From IMG/VR virus record IMGVR_UViG_2799113095_000002: 11,624 bases of DNA; one strand, given 5' to 3'. Position numbers and translations under genes: made by a program. Every line of letters starts with the position of its first letter. Within the stretch, counting starts at the first letter, position 1. Of this stretch, positions 5,472-11,624 are shown one piece after another. Source of the DNA: a virus (Duplodnaviria; Heunggongvirae; Uroviricota; Caudoviricetes). A model generated the notes under the pieces. That model searched no databases, was not told the DNA's origin, and saw only the letters and a program-made list of their open reading frames with translations.

Positions 5472-6940
5472 GACGAAGCTCCGTTCTGTGAGATAAACGC
5501 GTGTAGTAGTTCGGGATTCGTTGACTCCAGGTAGGCAAGGCCCTCCTGGAGGTAGTCGGCAGGAACCTTCTTCAACATCCGCTTGGCGTTGGCGATGAAC
5601 TCGGGCGAAGTGTTCGCGCCCAGTCCCGCTGCCGAGCGGACAAGGCGCCGAATGGAATCCAGGTCACCGACCTGAACGGCCTTCCACTCGGTGTACAGCT
5701 CGTGCAGCATCAGGTCCTTGTTGCGGTCGATCCGGCACCAGGTGCCGATGTTTCCTTCGCCGGGGTCGCGATAACCGGAGAGGGATTCGTGTTCCTGGGT
5801 CTGCTCCCGGAACACTCGGTCCCATTGGTCTTGTGGTACTTGGGCCATGTCGTCTCCTTCCTGGATGAGTTCGAGTAGCCGGTCGCCCAACGCGGTTGCG
5901 CGGTTGTACCGGTTCTGGCGGTCGGGCAGGCCGTTGTAGCCGCCGTTGATGAGGTAGGTGACGCCGTTGAGATCGGCGCGATCGCAGAGCGCGTTGATGT
6001 TGGCCCGGGCCACGGTCCAGTACCAGGCCGGGCCAATACCCGCGTACTGGAGTTCGGCCAGCTCGCGGGGCCGGTCCACGAAGTAGGTGGGGGTAGGGAT
6101 GAGGCCATTCTGGAAAGCCCACCGGGAGAATGCCGCGTAGTTCTCGCGCCAGGTGATCTGAATCCAGGTACGCCCCAAGTATTTCCACCGCTCGGTGGCT
6201 CCGCCGTCGCCCTTCTCGTACTCTTCTGTGGCGTTGAAGTTGTCGGACTCATGGCCTATCTGAGCGAGCCACATTGCGATGCGTCGGGGACTCACGCATT
6301 CGCTCAGGCGTAGGCCCTCGGCCACCTGCGGCAGGATCGCCGCCGCTCTGGCGATAGGCAGGCCCGTGGCCTCGGCCAACACCTGAGCGTTCCAGCTGCC
6401 GTCAGTGGTTCCCCGTTTGTACGTCGAGAAGCCGTCAGCGCGGATGAACTTCGCGATGAACTCGCGGCAGAGGTCTTGGTTGGCGTAGGTCCCGTACCCC
6501 ATCTGGAAGTGCATGCTGTCCTTGGGCGTGGACCAGTCGTTGCCCCAAAACACGAGCTGCACACCCTTGTAGGTGTAGAACTTGAGCAGGTCACGTATCG
6601 CGGGTACTTGGTCGCCGTGGATCAGGCTGGAGCCCTTCCACCCGGCAGTAGGGTCGCTGGCCTCCGGGCCCATGGGGTGATCGGTCCAGTTGTAGTCAAA
6701 GGCTGTTCCGCCCAGGTGGTTTGAAGTGGCAACGCTGTTGGTGGGTGTCCATCCGCCTTCGTCTGTGCCGCCCCGCGCGTTGTATACGGATTCGATACGG
6801 GCGTTGAGGTCTGCGGCAAACGTCTTCAAGATGATGTTCGGGATGCCCCGTTGGAGCGGGATTCCTACATCTGTTCCAGGGATGGGGTTGGTGTCGCATT
6901 CCGCGATACTGCATGAGGGCCAACCGTTTTCGGTGATCAT
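5468..6940 (-). CDS. lysA: Lysin A endolysin: M15-like Zn peptidase + GH19 glycosidase + C-terminal (probably cell-wall-binding) domain
   Basis: Peptidase motifs SNHLGGTAFD and DSMHFQ are present. GH19 motifs include WLAQIGHES, EEY, YLGRTWIQITWRENY and INGGYNGLPDRQNRY. It is the first gene of the lysis cassette. Confidence 0.93.
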   Translation of the reverse strand: MITENGWPSCSIAECDTNPIPGTDVGIPLQRGIPNIILKTFAADLNARIESVYNARGGTDEGGWTPTNSVATSNHLGGTAFDYNWTDHPMGPEASDPTAGWKGSSLIHGDQVPAIRDLLKFYTYKGVQLVFWGNDWSTPKDSMHFQMGYGTYANQDLCREFIAKFIRADGFSTYKRGTTDGSWNAQVLAEATGLPIARAAAILPQVAEGLRLSECVSPRRIAMWLAQIGHESDNFNATEEYEKGDGGATERWKYLGRTWIQITWRENYAAFSRWAFQNGLIPTPTYFVDRPRELAELQYAGIGPAWYWTVARANINALCDRADLNGVTYLINGGYNGLPDRQNRYNRATALGDRLLELIQEGDDMAQVPQDQWDRVFREQTQEHESLSGYRDPGEGNIGTWCRIDRNKDLMLHELYTEWKAVQVGDLDSIRRLVRSAAGLGANTSPEFIANAKRMLKKVPADYLQEGLAYLESTNPELLHAFISQNGASS

Positions 6941-7074
6941 CAGTAGTTCGCTTCCATGTCGTGCTTTGACTCGTACACGAAGAGAGCGACACCCAGCGCC
7001 ACGCCGAGGAGAGCGCCGATAGCGACGCCTCCGACTATCGCGAGCGCCTTGGGGTAGTTCGAGGTGCCTATCAT
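6940..7074 (-). CDS. Small single-TM protein, 44 aa
   Basis: The start is re-assigned to ATG 7074 (SD GGAG 6 nt upstream). It has one TM helix (ALAIVGGVAIGALLGVALGVALFVY) and a TGATG overlap with lysA. Confidence 0.7.
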   Translation of the reverse strand: MIGTSNYPKALAIVGGVAIGALLGVALGVALFVYESKHDMEANY

Positions 7075-7091
7075 GTTGTTCTCCAGTCGTT

Positions 7092-7289
7092 TTAGGGGAG
7101 ACGCCACAGGACTAGGGCGCTGAACAGGACAGCGCGGCGGTGGGGCCACTTCGCGGCGCTTCCGCCTCGGCAGGGGTGATCGACCACGGGCCGCTCGCAG
7201 ATCGGGCAGCGGTCCTCGGGGTGGACTTCGTTGAAGGCGGGTAGGTCGGTTCCGTACTCGTCGCAGAGGGCGAGCACTTCCCGGATCAC
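7092..7289 (-). CDS. Hypothetical protein, 65 aa, with a C-x2-C-x6-H-x-C motif
   Basis: GTGA overlap with the upstream gene; it fills the gap in the operon and contains CPICERPVVDHPC. Confidence 0.55.
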   Translation of the reverse strand: MIREVLALCDEYGTDLPAFNEVHPEDRCPICERPVVDHPCRGGSAAKWPHRRAVLFSALVLWRLP

Positions 7290-7636
7290 GTTCCTGCGCG
7301 TTGTATCTCGTTGGAGACGAACAGGTCTCCGTTCTTGATTGGCCGGATATCGACCAAGGTCCGAATGTCGAATACCAGGGGATGCTCGGGCTGGGACATT
7401 CCCACCGGGGCGCCGCCTACCGGCTCCATCCAGTAGGTGAAGAACGGGTACCGGCCTGCGGGGGCGTGTGCGACTGCCGAACCCTCGATGGTGCCGTTGG
7501 GGGTTGGCTGCCAGTTGATTTGTCCGCGCTGGTAGTCGGGGTGTAAGGGTTCGCGTCCGTCTTCCAGGGCCAACCCGATGTACACCGGCCAGACGACGAT
7601 CTGGAGCAGGCCATCGGCTTTCGAGGGGGCGGTCAC
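7286..7636 (-). CDS. Small virion/tail-associated beta protein, 116 aa
   Basis: GTGA overlaps occur at both ends. It shares the motif E-x5-Y-x-R-x-Q-x2-W-x5-G-x3-GSAV with the neighbouring gene. Confidence 0.7.
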   Translation of the reverse strand: MTAPSKADGLLQIVVWPVYIGLALEDGREPLHPDYQRGQINWQPTPNGTIEGSAVAHAPAGRYPFFTYWMEPVGGAPVGMSQPEHPLVFDIRTLVDIRPIKNGDLFVSNEIQRAGT

Positions 7637-7983
7637 GCCACGCCCAGCGAGGGCGTGAGTACCAGGTTTCCGGCGGTGGAGAAGATGGCTTGGGTGACAG
7701 CGCAGTTGTCGATCATGTTGGCGGCACCGACCGCCGAAGCAGACGCCAGGATGGCGTAGTTGATCGTGGATGCAGGGACCGGGATGGTCACCGCCGAGCC
7801 GGTTACCGCGCCGCCGGAGCCGGATGTCCAGGTGGTTTGTGCGCGTGCGTAGCCGCCGCCGGTAGATTCATTCGCGGGTGTTTGCGAGGTTCCCGGTGAG
7901 GCGGTTGCCGAGCCGATCCAGTTGCCGAGTGCCTTCCACGCGTCAGCGAGCGATTGGCGTGTCTGGGGTACTTGTATTGCCAC
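7633..7983 (-). CDS. Minor tail protein, 116 aa
   Basis: GTG start with SD GGAGG. The ESTGGGYARAQTTW motif is typical of small actinophage tail-fibre-associated proteins, and the gene lies in the tail module. Confidence 0.75.
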   Translation of the reverse strand: MAIQVPQTRQSLADAWKALGNWIGSATASPGTSQTPANESTGGGYARAQTTWTSGSGGAVTGSAVTIPVPASTINYAILASASAVGAANMIDNCAVTQAIFSTAGNLVLTPSLGVA

Positions 7984-8001
7984 GTGGGTTGCCTCCGTTG
8001 T

Positions 8002-9156
8002 CTATTGGTATGCGCGGCACCAGGCTTGGCCGTTGCCGCCTAGTCCGCCTTGGGTGCGTGAGCCGAAGATTCCGCCGTTGCCGCCCGCGCCTCCGGCGCC
8101 GGGCTGGGCTCCGGCTCCTGCGTTGCCTGTTCCGCCGTTGCCGCCCGTGTAGCCGACCCCTTGAAAGGTGAAGTTGCCTGGACTGCCACCGTTCTGGCCG
8201 GACTGGGTGCCGCTTCCGCCGGTCGCGGTGACGGTGACGGTTTGGCCCGCAAGGTTCTGGTATGTCAGTACGGTGTTGGTGCCTGCGGTGGGCCCGGCGT
8301 TATCGCTGTTCGCAGGCCGTGCCCCGCCCCCTCCGACATTGATGGTTAGTGTGGTTGCGGTCCAGGAAATATCGACGCCGCGTTCCAACCGCACGCCTTG
8401 CCACTGGCCGGGGTTGCCGCCCTTACCGGCGGTGTTGACTGCGCCGTTGCCTGTTTGGCCGGATGCCCCGCCGCTGATGAAGACGACATCTATGTAGCGG
8501 CACCAGTAGGGGATGTTGTAAGTGGCGGAGCCGGTGCTGCTGAATGTCTGTGTGGCTGGAGACATTGCGGGGAATGCTGCGGAACAGGCCATTGTCCCGA
8601 CGCCTGCGAGTGGGGCGCTGAGTTGGTATTTCTGGGCGACTTGGGCAGCGAGTGTGCCTACCCCGGTGAGGGCTGCTCCGAGGGCGTACGCCTGTGACAT
8701 CTGGGCGGCCATCGTGCCCGTCGCCGTGGCTCCTGCCGGCCGGAGGAGCTGTTGGAGTAGCTGCACAGTGAGTGAGCCCGCAGCGGCGAGCTGCGCGCTG
8801 CGGTCGAGCCGAACCCTTGCGTCGGCGGACATGGTTCCGGCACCGGACATATCGGCTTGTCGTGCGTAGATCTGCCGGATATCGACTGTGAGGGCGCCCG
8901 CGCCTGCGAACTCTGCCGTGAGGCTGTATATCTGGGAGACTCCGGCGGACAAGTTGCCCGCGCCCGCCATATCGGCGCCGATGGTGTACACCTGCCCGAC
9001 CTGGGCGGCCATTTGCCCCTCGGCGTGGAGCGTGCCTAGCCGCTCGGGTATCCAGAACCAGCTCTGGGACGGTTTCGACGGGTCATGCGGTGGGTCCTTC
9101 CACCAACTCCGCTGCGGCTCTCGGCTTTCCGCTGGCGGATTGGGGGACCAGGACAT
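8002..9156 (-). CDS. Minor tail/fibre protein, 384 aa, with internal 20-aa repeats and a glycine-rich C-terminal domain
   Basis: It has a Trp/Pro-rich N-terminus (MSWSPNPP), eight 20-aa repeats, and a Gly-rich domain (YIDVVFISGGASG...GGNGQAW) typical of mycobacteriophage minor tail proteins. Confidence 0.82.
   Translation of the reverse strand: MSWSPNPPAESREPQRSWWKDPPHDPSKPSQSWFWIPERLGTLHAEGQMAAQVGQVYTIGADMAGAGNLSAGVSQIYSLTAEFAGAGALTVDIRQIYARQADMSGAGTMSADARVRLDRSAQLAAAGSLTVQLLQQLLRPAGATATGTMAAQMSQAYALGAALTGVGTLAAQVAQKYQLSAPLAGVGTMACSAAFPAMSPATQTFSSTGSATYNIPYWCRYIDVVFISGGASGQTGNGAVNTAGKGGNPGQWQGVRLERGVDISWTATTLTINVGGGGARPANSDNAGPTAGTNTVLTYQNLAGQTVTVTATGGSGTQSGQNGGSPGNFTFQGVGYTGGNGGTGNAGAGAQPGAGGAGGNGGIFGSRTQGGLGGNGQAWCRAYQ
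8566..9045 (-). repeat. Eight degenerate 20-aa (60-bp) tandem protein repeats
   Basis: Residues 38-197 align without gaps, for example TIGADMAGAGNLSAGVSQIY, SLTAEFAGAGALTVDIRQIY, ALGAALTGVGTLAAQVAQKY and QLSAPLAGVGTMACSAAFPA. Confidence 0.8.
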
Positions 9157-9363
9157 CTATTCCTCGACGGGTGGCGTGGGGTCCAGAAATTCGAGATACT
9201 CCTCAACGCTGCCTTGAACTGTCAGGGTGTACGGACCCGCGAATACCAATTCGACGCCGCCCGAGTCGTTGCGCATGCTCAGGTTCAGTGGCTTGAACCA
9301 CACGTCCGACCCATCAAGGCCCTTAGCTTTGATAAACCCAAACTTTCCCTGCTCGAAATTCAT
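9157..9363 (-). CDS. Hypothetical protein, 68 aa, possibly a tail-fibre assembly helper
   Basis: The start is re-assigned to ATG 9363 (SD GGGGAG, 10 nt after the upstream TAA). The longer start at 9516 would overlap the tail gene by 143 nt. Its stop abuts the next ATG. Confidence 0.65.
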   Translation of the reverse strand: MNFEQGKFGFIKAKGLDGSDVWFKPLNLSMRNDSGGVELVFAGPYTLTVQGSVEEYLEFLDPTPPVEE

Positions 9364-9373
9364 TGTCTCCCCT

Positions 9374-11624
9374 TTAAATTTGGCTTCGGTTGAGCAAGGC
9401 CAGAGACAGATAGGTCGCGGTACCAGCCGAGTCTCCGGTGACTTGCCGAGTGCTCGCATTGGACCCGAGGACTTGACCGCCGCGCACAACGTCCCCGGCG
9501 TTGAGGTAGATGACAAATGAGTCCGACAATGACAGGACGGGAATGGTCAAGTCTACGCTGCCGTCGCTGGAGTTTGACCGCGAATACTGCTGCGGTAAAC
9601 CAAGTTTCGATGGTGTTGTGGTGCTATTGACGAAGATCGCCGGGTTCGCCTGTCCTGAGCTATTGGTCGAGTTCGTGAAGATATTCGATTTGGTGGAGAG
9701 CTTCGCCAGATACCATCCGCTCAGCGATACCGTCATGGTGCCGTTGGTCAAGTTGCATGCGATGTCGGGGGTCGCTGACTGAACCACCGAGTAGAAGCTG
9801 TTGGGCAACACCGTTGTGCCGGTGGCGATTGTGACGTTCGTCGCGCTGGTGCGTGCCATGGTGGCGCCGGAGCCCAGGTATACAGGATCGACATAGTCCG
9901 ACAAGGTGATCGCCGCGACCCGGAAGCTGTCGTAGGTGGTGGTGCCTTGGAACCATCCGTTGCTCACGGTGGCGCGTTGCATGACGAACCCGCCGCCGTA
10001 TCGGGCGCTGGCGCCGAACGTCACAGCAGAAGAGGTGACCGAGAGGACTGTGTTGCCATTAACGGCCAGCGTCCATGTCGTGCCGACGTTGTGTACCTCT
10101 ACCAGGGAGCCTTGCCCCAGCGCCCCCGACCAGGTACCACCGGAGAAAGCCGTGAATGTGATGCTGGCGCCTGATCGGGTGTAGCTGCCGATGGTGGCGC
10201 TAGCGTTGTCGATCTTGAGGCATGCGCCCGCCGTGTATCCCGAATCTGAGTGGAACAGGTGGTATTCCGGCGCGTTGAGTGATCCACCTTGATCTCCCAA
10301 CACCACCGCGAGACTCTGATCATCGGTGCTGTACTGCTTGTTGCAGGTGGCAACATACGTGCCGTCTGGCTTGGAAGCGGCGATACCGGCGTACCCGTTG
10401 TTGCCACGCACTTTCAGATCCGAGCCGGTGAACACGGCGGGAAGGGCGGCACCATCGGCGCCGCCGAAGACCGTCGTGTAGTTGAGGCCACCCCCGGCTG
10501 CATTCTGCTGCCCCTGCGATTTCGCGAGCTGCGCGTTGGCCGCAGCAGCGGCGGCCCCGGCTTGGTCCGCTATCTGCTTGACCCCGATGAGGCTGTTCAT
10601 GACCGCCACCAGATCGAAGCCGCTACCGTTCTGCCCTGTGGCCGCGTTGACGATGCCGTCCTTGAGCGATCCGATACCCGTTGCAGCTTCGCTGATCAGT
10701 CCGGTGATCGCAGAACCGGCCAGCTGCCCTGAGTTGTTGAGCCCCTGAGTCTTGTTGTTGTTGCCCGTGAACCAGTCTTTGACTGACTGGATTGTCGAGT
10801 TGATCGGCGTGACAACAAGACCCGCGAAGATGTCACGGATTTGGTTGAGCTGGGCATTCAGGTCGGGTAGGTCAGTGACCTTGTTCTGTGGCAGAAGCGG
10901 GATGTTGCCGAGGCCGAGGAGTCCGAGGACCTCTGCGGCGTCGATCTTGCCGTCCGCGCCTATCGCTTGGAGGCGGCCTGTGATGTCAGAGATTTCGGCG
11001 TTGATCTTCCCGCCGACAGTGTCGAAGAACTCCTTGAAGCGGTCGAGGCCAACCTTTTCGGCAAGCTGGGTGAATGCCTCACCGATGTCGTCGGTGAACT
11101 GCTGGAGTTGCCCGACGAGGTCTTGCACGTAGTCCAGCGGTAGCTTGCCGACCTTGATGGCGTTCGCGTCATCGAACCAGACGAGACCGGCTGTGGCGTC
11201 TGCTGTTACCTGGAGGCTGACCCTGATGGCGTCCACACCTGCTGGTACCGGGAAGGAGCCGGTGAGGTGTTCCCAAGTAGTTGAGTCGGCGGTGGACGGC
11301 TGGAACGAGGCTATGACGGTTCGGACGGGTTGTCCGCCGGACATCACCGGGGCGCCGTTCAGGTAGTGCGAGGCGATGAGCCGTATCGGGTTGGTTCCGG
11401 CTGGCGCGGAGAAGCTGGACCACTGCGCCCACGACTCCAGCGTCATCTTCTGCCCCGCGACTACCGGGATGTCGTTGGAGTGCAGGATCTTCATGACGCC
11501 GGAGACGACGGCCTTCACTGAGCCGAGCGGCCCGGAGCGTCCTACCGTGCCGTCCCAGGACCAATCGGGGTTGTCTTGAAGGGTTTTCGCGTCATCGAAC
11601 CCGCCGTTGAGGATGAGGTTCGGG
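9374..11624 (-). CDS. Large minor tail / receptor-binding protein, 5'-truncated by the window edge
   Basis: The frame stays open from 11623 to 11519 (PNLILNGGFDDAKTLQDNPDWSWDG...), so 11518 is not the true start. The NLILNGGF motif begins a CBM4/9-like domain. A helical stalk follows, then a beta-sandwich and a C1q/TNF-like C-terminus (...FVIYLNAGDVVR...TYLSLALL). Confidence 0.85.
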   Translation of the reverse strand, partial: PNLILNGGFDDAKTLQDNPDWSWDGTVGRSGPLGSVKAVVSGVMKILHSNDIPVVAGQKMTLESWAQWSSFSAPAGTNPIRLIASHYLNGAPVMSGGQPVRTVIASFQPSTADSTTWEHLTGSFPVPAGVDAIRVSLQVTADATAGLVWFDDANAIKVGKLPLDYVQDLVGQLQQFTDDIGEAFTQLAEKVGLDRFKEFFDTVGGKINAEISDITGRLQAIGADGKIDAAEVLGLLGLGNIPLLPQNKVTDLPDLNAQLNQIRDIFAGLVVTPINSTIQSVKDWFTGNNNKTQGLNNSGQLAGSAITGLISEAATGIGSLKDGIVNAATGQNGSGFDLVAVMNSLIGVKQIADQAGAAAAAANAQLAKSQGQQNAAGGGLNYTTVFGGADGAALPAVFTGSDLKVRGNNGYAGIAASKPDGTYVATCNKQYSTDDQSLAVVLGDQGGSLNAPEYHLFHSDSGYTAGACLKIDNASATIGSYTRSGASITFTAFSGGTWSGALGQGSLVEVHNVGTTWTLAVNGNTVLSVTSSAVTFGASARYGGGFVMQRATVSNGWFQGTTTYDSFRVAAITLSDYVDPVYLGSGATMARTSATNVTIATGTTVLPNSFYSVVQSATPDIACNLTNGTMTVSLSGWYLAKLSTKSNIFTNSTNSSGQANPAIFVNSTTTPSKLGLPQQYSRSNSSDGSVDLTIPVLSLSDSFVIYLNAGDVVRGGQVLGSNASTRQVTGDSAGTATYLSLALLNRSQI

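Larger units (their letters stand above)
1..11624. mobile_element. Segment of a temperate mycobacteriophage/prophage (tail, lysis, accessory genes, integrase)
   Basis: The gene content and order are tail, lysA, holin, lysB, accessory genes, integrase. No host housekeeping gene and no att site was identified in the window. Confidence 0.92.

Noticed and set aside
8002-8500. Runs of GCCGCC/GCCGTT-type low-complexity repeats
   Set aside because: They are explained by Gly-Gly-Asn/Ala codons of the glycine-rich tail domain and are not an independent DNA repeat.
9364-9516. N-terminal extension of the 119-aa ORF
   Set aside because: It overlaps the tail gene out of frame, whereas ATG 9363 has a good SD and normal spacing.
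11516-11518. GTG 11518 as the start of the large tail protein
   Set aside because: The frame is open to the window edge, and this start would cut through the CBM-like domain.
1-11624. CRISPR array, tRNA, att core, diversity-generating retroelement or invertible tail segment
   Set aside because: I saw no repeat-spacer array, cloverleaf, reverse transcriptase, template/variable repeat pair or long flanking inverted repeats by eye. A weak att core could have been missed.

Overview
The window looks like the right-hand part of a temperate mycobacteriophage or prophage. The high GC content, the LysB gene and the DUF732 lipoprotein suggest a Mycobacterium/Mycobacteroides host; this is inferred, not searched. 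The minus strand carries the end of a tightly coupled late operon: tail proteins (the largest runs off the window edge), then lysA (M15-type peptidase + GH19 + C-terminal domain), a holin, lysB and three small accessory lysis-region genes. A UUCG intrinsic terminator closes this operon. Next, still on the minus strand, is a transcriptionally insulated two-gene module: a 68-aa HTH protein and a 395-aa DUF932-like protein. Each gene has its own TATACT -10 box buried in a near-identical palindrome (GTATAGC-N2-GCTTTAC). On the plus strand, an arm-less tyrosine integrase with an unusual hydrophobic tail and a DUF732-like lipoprotein converge on this module at a shared hairpin. The most interesting candidate is the HTH/DUF932 module, whose architecture resembles an Aca-regulated burst-then-shut-off anti-defence unit. 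A probable internal translation start in lysA is also notable. All family assignments come from motif recognition by eye.
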